The notes below the pieces were generated by a model. It was not told where the DNA came from. It worked only from the letters and a program-made list of their open reading frames with translations, and searched no databases. Positions 9,921-20,941 of a stretch of DNA of 36,368 nucleotides are shown here, in pieces. Source of the stretch: Octopus bimaculoides. Its lineage: Eukaryota. Both the position numbers and the translations under genes were made by a program. The stretch spans positions 75,484,730 through 75,521,097 of the forward strand of contig NC_068983.1 in the NCBI RefSeq assembly GCF_001194135.2, given 5' to 3'. The first letter of the stretch is position 1. Each line of letters begins with the position of its first letter.

Positions 9921-10380
9921 AGTTGTATGGTAAGAAGCTTGCTTCTCAACCACATGATTCTGGGTTCAGCCCCACTGTATGGCACCTTGGGCATGTGTCT
10001 TCTACTATAGCCTTTGGCTGATTAAAGCCTTGTGAGTGGATTTGGTAGATGGAAACTGAAAGAAGCCAGTTGTGTGTGTATATATATATATATATNNNNN
10101 NNNNNNNNNNNNNNNNNNNNNATATATATACATGTGTGTGTGTCTTTGTGCCTGCATTTGTCCCCCCACCGTCACTCGACAACCAATGTTGGTGTGATTA
10201 CATCCTCGTAACCTAGTGGTTTGGCAAAAGAGACTGATAGAATAAGTACTAGTCTTACAAAGAATAATTTCTGGGGTCCATTTCTTTGACTGAAAAAATC
10301 CCTCTAAGGCAATGCTCCAGCATGGCTGCAGTCAAATGACTGAAACATGTAAAAGAATAAAAGAGTAAAAGAAAGAAAGA
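9921..10380 (+). mobile_element. Family A tRNA-derived SINE with a CORE-like segment
   Basis: Head tggtaagaagcttgcttc...gggttcagcccc (B box), ccttggg...gtgtcttc segment, internal (TA)/(TG) tract and (AAAAG)n tail. Confidence 0.9.
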
Positions 10381-10746
10381 TTTCATTATGATTTCGATTT
10401 TCTATTTAGTGGTGAGATGTGTTTGTTAATTTGAACTCTGATATAGAATTGAACTCCTCCATTCATACCCAAACATATGTATATTAGTCTTAGCTACACA
10501 AAACAAATGATAAAAGAGCTAATGATGGAGTATCAATGCATTCATTCAACCTGCTAAAAACAACAGCTAAATCTTCCTCACATCATAGCCTACGATCTTA
10601 AATACAACCACTGATATACAAAATGAAAAATAATAAAAATCGGGATGGTCATGGTTGGAACGTTTTGTTCATATATTGGGGCTGATCTGTGGTTAAACAA
10701 CTACTGTTACTACTGCTGCTGCCGCTGTCGCTGCTACTTCTGCTGC

Positions 10747-11345
10747 TATACAGAAAAATATATTTACATAGAACCCTAATATCTGTGGGTGGAATTCTGG
10801 CTTAAGTACCCCATATACCCTCATAATTTTTCTATTTTTTCGAATTTTTAAAAGGATTTTGTGAATTTGTATTCTATACATGGGAACTCATATACCTATG
10901 AAAAAACAATTTGTAAAAAAAATTTTGTAACCCCACCTCCCCCATAAATCCTAAAAGTTCCACTATTATGAAATTTAAAAAAAAGTTAGTGTTTAAAATA
11001 CAGACAGTCTGAATTTTTTGCTTAAATCACAGCAATGGACCACCTTTTGGAGCATCTCCATTCCATTAAATGTGTTCCTTGGGAGAAAAATATTGAATAA
11101 CATCAATACATGTCAGAGTGACAAAGAAAGGAAGAAGGCATCAGGTGGTCATGAGTTGTGTTAGAAATAACAGCTAAACCACTCTTAAATCGCACACATA
11201 AAACAATCTTTTTTAATATACATAATTGTATGAATTCCCATGTATAGAATACAAATTTGCAATAATTTTCTGAAAATTCCCCAAAATAAAAAATTTATAA
11301 GGCATTATATGGGGTGCTTAAACCAGAATTCTGCTATTCTGTATA
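10747..11345. mobile_element. Degenerate non-autonomous DNA transposon with about 110-bp imperfect inverted repeats
   Basis: About 10790-10900 (gaattctggcttaagtaccccatata...gtattctatacatgggaactc) is the reverse complement of about 11230-11332. Confidence 0.7.
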
Positions 11346-11625
11346 TTTCATTGTAAGAAAAATTTAGCAGTAGTATTAAAAAAAAAACAGCAATAGATAA
11401 ATAAATAAAAGAAGGAAAGAAAAGAAGATCCTTCATATTTTAAGCAAATAACAAAATGTTGAATGGTGATTACATTAAGGATTTTGTTGGTTTTTTTCTA
11501 AGGGTTGGAGGTAACAAAAAAATATGCATAAAAATAAAAATAAACTGAAAATAATTCCAAATATTACTTGGTTTTTATTGTAATTATTGTTTTGAGTTTA
11601 TATATATATATATATATATATTTAC

Positions 11626-11751
11626 CTTTTTAACAGCTGAGTATTCCTGTTCTAGATTCCTGTAGTCGTTTTTGTAGCTTGAAATTGTTAATTCCTTTGT
11701 ATTGGCATCGTATTGTAAAGTGTTTATTTTTTTCTGCAACTGTGTATTTTC
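11626..11751 (-). CDS. Coding exon D of the coiled-coil gene
   Basis: Acceptor ttgtttatttatgaag|G (AAG, less common) and donor AAG|GTAAAT. 126 nt, phase 0-0: ENTQLQKKINTLQYDANTKELTISSYKNDYRNLEQEYSAVKK. Overlaps ORF 11584..11775. Confidence 0.8.
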
Positions 11752-11802
11752 CTTCATAAATAAACAAATAAGCAAATATAAGCACAGTTTATCAGTTTAT
11801 GT

Positions 11803-12015
11803 TTAACACTTTAGCATTTAAACCACCCATATCCAGTCCAAATATTGTACCTGTTTTATATTCAAACCAGCCAGATCTGGCTCCTCACACCTGTTCTACA
11901 ATGTTATTCTGAAAATAAACTATCTTATCATTGAAACCTTGAAGCTATGAGATAATGCACAATTAATTAAATAAGCATCACATTTAACAGAGTAATCTGA
12001 ATGCTTACTGGGTTT
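11803..12015. mobile_element. Degenerate piggyBac-type MITE
   Basis: ttaa-cactttagcatt ... aatgcttactgggttta. Eroded ends, similar in style to 21748-21968. Confidence 0.45.
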
Positions 12016-12459
12016 ACTACAAGGGACAATAAGGTATTGGTGAATTGGTAAAGTCTAATAGAGTGTCAGTCAAGACTGGTTTGGTTTTTATTCTGGTTCT
12101 CTGAGTTCTGATTTGATTTCAAATTCCATTGAGACCAACTTTGCCTTTCCTCATTTCAAAGTTGATAAATTAAAAATAAAAATACCAGTCAAATATTGTA
12201 GTGGAATTTTCTTCCCCCTCTCTTTATCTCTTTTAGTTTCTCACAACTGATTGCTTGTCTTTGTGGTAAGAAGTTTGCTTCCCAACCACATGGTTCTTGT
12301 TAATTTTCAAAAGTAATTGAAACAAAGGCAAAGTATTTCACCAGAAATATGGTAAGAAAAGAGTTAAACTCATAATATAAAGGGATGTAACTCAATTCTT
12401 TTAATATGTTCTAATTGCTGCTCTAATAGCTTAGCTGTCCATTATTCTAAACATAACAG

Positions 12460-12680
12460 TTTCTGATTTTGATACTAGGCCAGTAATTTTAGAAGGAGGG
12501 GACAAATCTATTACATTGACCCCCAGTGTTTGACAGGTGGTTTATTTTATTGCCTTGAAAGCTTGAAAGAATAAAAAGTAAAGTCAACTGCAGTGGAATT
12601 TGAACTTAGATTGTAAAGAACCTGAAGAAATGCTGCTAAACACTTTGTGACATGCTAATGATTCTGCCAGCTCATTACCT
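12460..12680 (-). mobile_element. Family B SINE
   Basis: ttacattgaccccagt...aaagtcaac...ggaatttgaac...tgattctgccagctc. Confidence 0.8.
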
Positions 12681-12879
12681 TCCATTAGCCTAGACAAAGC
12701 CTGAAATTTTAGGGGAGGGGCAAAAATATATTTGCATCAAAAGCCAATATGAGAGTTTCTCTCATGGTATCTACCACAGTATAGCTTGTTCTAATAGAAC
12801 ATCCACATTTAAGTGGGTATAGATATTTTCTCTCAGTATTTATTAGCGATTTTCTCTGTTGCTAATATATATTTTTTGA

Positions 12880-13140
12880 TGTCATTAATGTTTCTCTCAA
12901 CCCTTTGTAAGTCAATAGCTGTAGGAAAGATATGAACAAAGAGGAAATTCAGGAGGAATGATGTTCAGGGAAGGAAGGCCTGAGTAAAGGTATGAAACCA
13001 GTTAGCTCCAAAGGGCAGAGGCAGTTATAGTAGCAGTAGAAAAGGCAGAGAAAGGAAATAGCATGTTAGTAGGGAAAGGCCTGAAGTATGTTTGTGAGTG
13101 ACTTTATGCCAATCAATTGTAAGGCTTTTTTCTGGATGTA
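12880..13140 (-). mobile_element. L2-type LINE 3' remnant
   Basis: Minus strand gives ...HIFPTAIDLQRVERNIN, similar to the motif at 5200-5400. Confidence 0.45.
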
Positions 13141-13344
13141 GTTTAGGATGTCTGTGTGAGTTGTTGTCATCATTATTGTCATAGTTATTGTCATCATTGT
13201 TGTCGTTGTTGTCAGCAGCAGCATCTTAGCTGTTAGAGCAATACTCCATTTCCACTGAGTGTTTTACCTAAGATGTGCACAGTATCAATAATTGTAAAAT
13301 ATCAATTATAAACTCTGAAAAGGTAAAAACCAAAAAGAATTTGC

Positions 13345-13800
13345 CATGGTTTCTAATTTAGGTAGAAGACCAGCAGTTTTTGAGGGAAAGGAGTTAGCTT
13401 GATACCATCAATCCTACTACTTGACTGGTACTTTATTTCATTGACCCTAGACAGATAAAAGGAGGGTCAACAATAGCAGGAATTGAACTTAGAGCATAAA
13501 GATTCAAAAGAAATATCACACAGTATTTCTTCGAATGCTCTGACAAATCTATAGAGTCACTGCCTTAATCGAACAAGATAATAATGGTTTCAAATTTTGG
13601 CATAGAGCCAGCAGTTTATGAGGGGAGGGGGAAATCAATTACATTGACCCCAGTACTTGACTGGTACTTAATTTATTTATCTTGAAAGGATGAAAGGTAG
13701 AGTTGAGCTCAATGGCATTTGAACTCAGAATGTAAAACCAAAAGAAATGCCACTAAGCATTTTGTCTGGTGCAGTTATGATTCTGCCAGTTCACTGCCTT
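13345..13800 (-). mobile_element. Two tandem family B SINEs (13345-13566 and 13585-13800)
   Basis: Each runs from the ggtttc(a/t)aattt tail to the ctgcctt head. Confidence 0.85.
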
Positions 13801-13818
13801 AAACAAGATAATAATAAT

Positions 13819-14372
13819 AAGCTATGCCAACACTATGGAATAACAACAGAAAAAAGATGGTATAAACACAAGCCAGAAAAGGTCAGAGAAAACAAGAAAG
13901 CAACCATACTCTGGGATATGCCAATACACACAGATAGAGAAATTAAGGCAAATAGACCAGATATAGTTGTCAAAGATCATGAAGAAAAAAAAATGCTTTC
14001 TAATTGATGTATCAATACCAGCAGATGACAACGTTTCCCTAAAAAAAATGGAGAAACTTTCAAAATACAAAGACCTGGAAATAGAGGTAACTCGAATGTG
14101 GAATCTAAAAACAGAAAAAATTCATATCATAGTAGGCGCCTTAGGTATAATAAAAAAATATTCAGACAAATATATAACAAAAACACCAGGACTTACAAAT
14201 ATATATAACATACAGAAAATTGCACTACTGGGCACTGCACACATCCTAGGTAAAACACTTTCAATACAGTAACTATAAGAGCATCACAGCAAACCACAGC
14301 ACATACCCAAGGCACACAGAGCTGCACTCAGTAGTGAAGTAAAAGCATGTTATAAAAATAAAACTACTGAAC

Positions 14373-14405
<33 letters not shown>
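13819..14405 (+). mobile_element. R4/Dong-like RLE LINE 3' fragment, copy 1
   Basis: KLCQHYG...ATILWDMPIHTDREIKANRPDIVVKD...FLIDVSIP...EKLSKYKDL...IIVGALG...QKIALLGTAHIL (PD-(D/E)xK endonuclease). One poly-A frameshift. Has a 3' UTR and (AAT)n at both ends. Confidence 0.92.
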
Positions 14406-14406
<1 letters not shown>

Positions 14407-14783
14407 TTGCCCTGATGCAGTACCAGGCAGTGGTCCTCATGGCTTCTGATCTTAACTGACTGGAAGTGTTATCATGTACTTTGGAGCTTGAATGATTCAC
14501 CTCTGGAAACATAGGTGTTTCATTCAACATCTTTAAATAACTCTTATTCAGAGACCTTTTGAGTGGGATGGGCTACTCAGCCTGAAGAAAATTCTAACTG
14601 GGCACCATCTGCAAGGTCATGCGCTGTTTATCTTGATATGAGATAACCATGTTGCGCACATATGATTGTGATGCATGTGCCTCTTGTACCCTTTATCAGA
14701 CAGGTAGACATGATGGGTATATTGGGCTTCGTATATTTGTACCCCAGTGTCACTTTGATGGCTTCACTGCTCTCTTGCTCAAT
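14406..14783. mobile_element. Unclassified non-coding element bounded by (AAT)n tracts
   Basis: About 380 bp, GC-richer than the introns, sitting exactly between two Dong-like copies. No recognisable ORF. Confidence 0.5.
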
Positions 14784-14784
14784 G

Positions 14785-14843
<59 letters not shown>

Positions 14844-14846
<3 letters not shown>

Positions 14847-15265
14847 GGCAAATAAACCAGATATAGTTGTCAAAGATCATGAAGAAAAAAAATGTTTTCT
14901 AATTAATGTATCAATACCAGCAGATGACAACGTTTCCCTAAAAGAAATGGAAAAAATTTCAAAATACAAAGACCTGGAAATAGAGGTAACTTGAATGTGG
15001 AATCTAAAAACAGAAACAATTCCTATCATAGTAGGTACCTTAGGTATAATAAAAAAATATTCAGACAAATACATAACAAAAACATCAGGACTTACAAATA
15101 TATATAACATACAGAAAATTGCACTACTGGGCACTGCACACATCCTACGCAAAACACTTTCAATACAGTAACCATAAGAGCATCACAGCAAACCACAGCA
15201 CATACCCAAGGCACACAGAGCTGCGCTTGGTATTGAAGTGAAAGCACATTATCAAAATAAAACTA

Positions 15266-15339
<74 letters not shown>
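14844..15339 (+). mobile_element. R4/Dong-like RLE LINE 3' fragment, copy 2
   Basis: KANKPDIVVKDHEEKKCFLINVSIPADD..., highly similar to copy 1, with one premature TGA from CGA. (AAT)n at 14784-14845 and 15268-15339. Confidence 0.92.
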
Positions 15340-15340
<1 letters not shown>

Positions 15341-15357
15341 CATTGCAATAAACAAAC

Positions 15358-15525
15358 CTTAATCAATTCTTCTTTACTGGTATTTATATCTTGAAGCTTT
15401 AGCTTCTCTCCATTTAACTCTTGATGAAACAAATCTTTCTCTTTACGTATGACTGCTAATTGTGATTGTAAGTCAGACAGAGAATTCTCACATTGTTTCA
15501 ACTGTTTTGAAATGAGGTCTTTATC
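15358..15525 (-). CDS. Coding exon C of the coiled-coil gene
   Basis: Pyrimidine-rich acceptor ttccctctatttag|G and donor AAG|GTTTGT. 168 nt, phase 0-0: DKDLISKQLKQCENSLSDLQSQLAVIRKEKDLFHQELNGEKLKLQDINTSKEELIK. Overlaps ORF 15160..15501. Confidence 0.88.
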
Positions 15526-15769
15526 CTAAATAGAGGGAATAACAGAAAATTGAGAGAAAGAACACATATGTTCTAATGCTTAGAAGTATCTTCCTTACAT
15601 AAGGAGGACAGATTATACAATAAACAATGCTATTCTTTACTACAGAGTAAAACCATCATAATTTCATGAAGTTTGGAAATTAGTATGCCTTCTTTTCACT
15701 CCTTATACCCACACTCATTGGAGACACTGTTCTAGGCCACGTTGAAGAGAAAATAAATGTCAAAGACTG

Positions 15770-16088
15770 GTACTCTGTTGGTTATGATGACAAGAGTTCC
15801 AGTTGATATGATCAGCAAACAGAACAGTCTGCTCATGAAATTAACATGCAAGTGGCTGAGTACTCCACAGACACATGTACCCTTGATGTAGTTCTCAGAG
15901 AGATTCAGGGTGACACAGAATGTGACAAGGTTGGCCTTTTGAATTACAGATACTCCTCATTTTTGTCAGCTGAGTGGACTGGAACAACATGAAATAGAGA
16001 GTCTTGCTTTCCTCAACATATTGCCAGAGATTGAACTCACGACCTATGATCATAAGCCAAATACCCTAACCACTAAGCTATGTGACTT
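15770..16088 (-). mobile_element. Family E tRNA-derived SINE
   Basis: Minus-strand head tagcttagtggttagggt...gagttcaatctc (A and B boxes) followed by a body related to family D. Confidence 0.7.
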
Positions 16089-16173
16089 CCCTGATTGTCA
16101 AAGACTCACTTAGCAACATGCTATTCAACTTCTGTCTACAGATGCACTGCTTTTTTGCCCCTCTATATCTAGT

Positions 16174-16531
16174 GAAGGCACATGGCTCAGTGGTTAGAGC
16201 ACTGGGCTCACAATCATGAAGTAGTAAGTTTGATTCCCAGATCAGGTTGTGTGCTGTGTCCTTGAGCAAGACACTTTATTTCACATTGCTCCAGTTCACT
16301 CATCTGTAGAAATGAGCTGTGAGTCACTGGTGCCAAGGTGTCACTGGTGCCAAGGTGTCACTGGTGCCTTTCTCTTGGATGCCTTTCTCTTGGATGCCTT
16401 TCTCTTGGATAACATCATGGAAAGAGGAGGTTGGTAGCATGGGTGACTGCTGGTCTTCCATAAACAACCTTGCCTGGACTTGTACCTTAGAGGGGAACTT
16501 TCATACATGACTGAAGGGGATCTTTACCCTT
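16174..16531 (+). mobile_element. Family D tRNA-derived SINE
   Basis: tggctcagtggttagagc (A box), agtttgattccc (B box), ccttgagcaagacactt segment. Homologous to 28093-28735. Confidence 0.9.
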
Positions 16532-16695
16532 AACCCCATATCTATTATATTGCTAAAACAATTCACATCTGATCCCCTGAAAAAGGAAATTCTCTACCAT
16601 CTTTACCCCAGCCCAACAAACACACCTGTCTCACTTTCTCTTGCTCACCTATTATTTATCTAACCACCATTTCAAATCATTTCTCCCCCCCCCCC

Positions 16696-17381
16696 NNNNN
16701 NNNNNNNNNNNNNNNNNNNNNNNNNNNNNNNNNNNNNNNNNNNNNNNNNNNNNNNNNNNNNNNNNNNNNNNNNNNNNNNNNNNNNNNNNNNNNNNNNNNN
16801 NNNNNNNNNNNNNNNNNNNNNNNNNNNNNNNNNNNNNNNNNNNNNNNNNNNNNNNNNNNNNNNNNNNNNNNNNNNNNNNNNNNNNNNNNNNNNNNNNNNN
16901 NNNNNNNNNNNNNNNNNNNNNNNNNNNNNNNNNNNNNNNNNNNNNNNNNNNNNNNNNNNNNNNNNNNNNNNNNNNNNNNNNNNNNNNNNNNNNNNNNNNN
17001 NNNNNNNNNNNNNNNNNNNNNNNNNNNNNNNNNNNNNNNNNNNNNNNNNNNNNNNNNNNNNNNNNNNNNNNNNNNNNNNNNNNNNNNNNNNNNNNNNNNN
17101 NNNNNNNNNNNNNNNNNNNNNNNNNNNNNNNNNNNNNNNNNNNNNNNNNNNNNNNNNNNNNNNNNNNNNNNNNNNNNNNNNNNNNNNNNNNNNNNNNNNN
17201 NNNNNNNNNNNNNNNNNNNNNNNNNNNNNNNNNNNNNNNNNNNNNNNNNNNNNNNNNNNNNNNNNNNNNNNNNNNNNNNNNNNNNNNNNNNNNNNNNNNN
17301 NNNNNNNNNNNNNNNNNNNNNNNNNNNNNNNNNNNNNNNNNNNNNNNNNNNNNNNNNNNNNNNNNNNNNNNNNNNNNNNNN

Positions 17382-17427
<46 letters not shown>

Positions 17428-17440
17428 AGAGAGAGGGAGA
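16696..17440. other. Assembly gap followed by (GA)n
   Basis: N run 16696-17381. Other gaps: 6084-6307, 8880-9065, 10096-10121, 18440-19162, 22968-22977, 23738-24525, 25217-25655 (edges approximate). Confidence 0.95.
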
Positions 17441-17889
17441 GCAAAAGATACACATAGCTGGAAGAACAATCATATAAAACAATAAGGTGATTGGATTATA
17501 TATAATGATGAACTGATAGACTGAATGAAACATTCCAAAGATAGTATCAGCTATTGAATGAAATTCTAATCAATGAAAATGATAACGAAACAAACAGTCT
17601 TTTACCCTCCTCCTCCTTTTCCTCACCCCTCCCACCACCATTATCGTCATCTTCATCATCATTTGATTGGCAGAGTTATTAGAATATTGGCCTAAATACC
17701 TTGCTGTATTTAGTTATGGGCTTTTACATTCTGAGTTCAAATACTTGCCATGTCTTTCTTCTTTTTAGATTTGATAAACTAAAGTACCAGTCAAATCCTG
17801 CTATCAATAGTATTTACTTAACCTTCCTTTCAAAACTATTGACCTTCTGCTTAAATTAGAAGTAATTATTGTTGTTAAAACTCTGAGTG

Positions 17890-18120
17890 AAAGCAGTGAG
17901 TTTGCAGAATTGTTAGCACACTGGATGAAAAGCTTAGCAGCATTTCTGCTGGCTTTACATTCTGAGTTCAAATTTCCCTGAGGTTGACCTTGCCTTTTAT
18001 CCTTTTGGGACTTATAAAATAAATATCAGTTGAGCACTGTGGTCAATATAATCAACTAGTGTCAGACCCACAAAATTTCAGGCTCTGAGCCTATGGTAGA
18101 AAGGATTATTATTATTATTT
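17890..18120 (+). mobile_element. Family B SINE ending in (ATT)n
   Basis: gcagtgagtttgcagaattgttagcac...ttctgagttcaaatt...aaaatttcagg...aggattattatt. A more decayed copy lies at about 17670-17870. Confidence 0.85.
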
Positions 18121-19515
18121 TATGTTTGACTTTTGTTTTGCATTTGTACAAGTTGGATCCAAGTCTCACCCAGAGACCTCAAGAGACAACAAGTTAGAAG
18201 TTCATGTAGGTGTTATGCCTAGGGTACCATATATTTGGATTTATACAGTTTTGTTCAAGTGAATGTTTAAGAAACCATAAGAAAATTATGTGTTTGCTTT
18301 AAAATTTGAGATCACATAGACAGTATTTTACGTAGGATATGGGCAGTTCCCATGAGCACTATCTTTTGAACTTCAGCCATTTTGGGGTTTCCTGGTATCT
18401 GAGCTAGGTAGTAATCAGCCCGTTTCGCTGTCATTCCCANNNNNNNNNNNNNNNNNNNNNNNNNNNNNNNNNNNNNNNNNNNNNNNNNNNNNNNNNNNNN
18501 NNNNNNNNNNNNNNNNNNNNNNNNNNNNNNNNNNNNNNNNNNNNNNNNNNNNNNNNNNNNNNNNNNNNNNNNNNNNNNNNNNNNNNNNNNNNNNNNNNNN
18601 NNNNNNNNNNNNNNNNNNNNNNNNNNNNNNNNNNNNNNNNNNNNNNNNNNNNNNNNNNNNNNNNNNNNNNNNNNNNNNNNNNNNNNNNNNNNNNNNNNNN
18701 NNNNNNNNNNNNNNNNNNNNNNNNNNNNNNNNNNNNNNNNNNNNNNNNNNNNNNNNNNNNNNNNNNNNNNNNNNNNNNNNNNNNNNNNNNNNNNNNNNNN
18801 NNNNNNNNNNNNNNNNNNNNNNNNNNNNNNNNNNNNNNNNNNNNNNNNNNNNNNNNNNNNNNNNNNNNNNNNNNNNNNNNNNNNNNNNNNNNNNNNNNNN
18901 NNNNNNNNNNNNNNNNNNNNNNNNNNNNNNNNNNNNNNNNNNNNNNNNNNNNNNNNNNNNNNNNNNNNNNNNNNNNNNNNNNNNNNNNNNNNNNNNNNNN
19001 NNNNNNNNNNNNNNNNNNNNNNNNNNNNNNNNNNNNNNNNNNNNNNNNNNNNNNNNNNNNNNNNNNNNNNNNNNNNNNNNNNNNNNNNNNNNNNNNNNNN
19101 NNNNNNNNNNNNNNNNNNNNNNNNNNNNNNNNNNNNNNNNNNNNNNNNNNNNNNNNNNNNNNAGCGCTTAACTTTTTCTGCAGGTGTTTCTAGTTCGTCT
19201 AATTCTTGAATTTGTTGCAATTGGAATTCACTTAGATAGTCCTTTGCCTGTTTTGTTACTGAGTAAGATGCTTTCTTGCTTTCATGTTTTAAGACAAGTT
19301 TTAGCATCCAGTCCTCAGAGTTTTTCAGATAGGTGTCTAGGCCAATTGTGGCTACCTTCATTGATAATGCCAGCTGTAGAAGTCCTCGGCCTCCCTCTTT
19401 TCTTGGCAGATAAAGACGTTCTATATCTGCCTTAGGGTGGTGTATTCTATGCATTGTCAACAGTTTTCGTATTTTTCTGTCAACATTACATATTTCAGGA
19501 TTGATAAATAACAAC
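18121..19515 (-). mobile_element. Second R4/Dong-like LINE subfamily: RT thumb to C-terminus, split by a gap
   Basis: DRKIRKLLTMHRIHHPKADIERLYLPRKEGGRGLLQL ... QKIVLMGTAHILRKILSM*. The 3' UTR ends in the (TAA)n of the SINE tail. Confidence 0.9.
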
Positions 19516-19598
19516 TGAGCACTAGTGTTGATGTAATCGGATTAATCTCCCAAAATTTCAGACCTTGTGTCAATAGTAGAAAGGATTATTATCATTAC

Positions 19599-19641
<43 letters not shown>

Positions 19642-20187
19642 GTTATTATAAATTATTAGTAAGTTGGACAAAATGCTTAGTGACATTACTTTTGGGTTTT
19701 TAATTTTTGTATTCAAATACTGCTGAGATCAACTTAACTTTCATTCTTCTAGGGTCAATTAATGCATTCAGAACAAGCCAAAATGCTTGTGCAAGGATTC
19801 TCAGCTTCTGGAGTTGGTGTAAGCAATTATAATTATACCTTTCTCCTCAAATTTGTGGCCCTGTGTCTAAGAAATTTGGTGGTATTCAACAATCTCTCAC
19901 AGACATTCAAATAATACAAGTGAAATGTATTGCCTTTGATGAAAAATTGAAACTGGCTCATAGTCACAGCCTCTTTTTACAGCTTATTCAGAAGAAGAAG
20001 GGCAACATCCATGCCTTTTGAAGGGTTTCTGAAACTGGTAGGAGGAAACAGTGAAAGAAACCATGATATAATGGTTATTGCAGTAGGAAGCATCATATCA
20101 AGAGATGGTGGCAGTAAATAGGGCAATAGGTTAGATCTACCGTATAATGAGCTTCTACACAATTTCAGTCTACCCAACTTCATTTAA

Positions 20188-20285
20188 AAGGCTGTAGTTG
20201 AAGACTCTTGCCCAAAGTACAGCTGTAAAATGGGATCAAACTTGGAACCATGTAATTGTGAGGTAAACTTCTTAACCATATAGAT
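20188..20285 (-). mobile_element. Family A SINE head fragment
   Basis: gaagactcttgcccaaag...gggatcaaac...aaccatg...cttcttaacca. Confidence 0.65.
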
Positions 20286-20896
20286 GGGTTAAGCTTGCCA
20301 CGTGTGTGGTAGATCTAACCACGACCTGATTTAACACCACTACTGGTCCTTGGGTAACTTTAATGGAGAACACTCTATTACAAGCATTTAAGTCAGGTTT
20401 CAGGTTTGAGGGTATTTCCTCCTTTCTTTCCTTCTATCAGTTAGGAAGCTCTGTAAAGAGCCGTGAACACTATTCTTTCTTCTGGTTAAAAAAAGAAAGC
20501 CATGCCCGCTTGCTAATAGCTTATCTATATACTCATGCAGTATATTTTACACCATAAAATAAAATGATAAAATAAATTATGCTATGTTTTTCTTGTATTT
20601 TTTAATTCCATTAAATTAAACATCCTGCTAAAAACTATAAATAGCTAATTAAGTTAAACAGACTGTTTGTTGTGAAACTTAACATCTGTCTTTCAGATAA
20701 GTGATTGACAAAGATGCTATTGGATATTCAGTGTTTATATGTATTTAGGGGTGGAAATTTGAATATTATCATTATTATTATTATTATCTGTGGTGAAAGA
20801 TATTGTCTGGTGGGCAGGCTTGGAAAGGCTGAGATATAATATCATGTCTCTAACCAAGTTCTAATCAATTTATTCAACATTCACATCAAGCAAAGG

Positions 20897-20941
<45 letters not shown>

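Noticed and set aside
16174-16250. tRNA gene
   Set aside because: A and B boxes are present, but there is no cloverleaf and it continues into a SINE body. The same applies to the other SINE heads.
17503-17525. ATGATGA...CTGA as a C/D snoRNA
   Set aside because: The boxes are too close, there is no terminal stem, and it is on the strand opposite the host gene.
16641-17533. Long ORFs of 250-420 aa here and at 23349-24637
   Set aside because: They consist mostly of N-gap codons.
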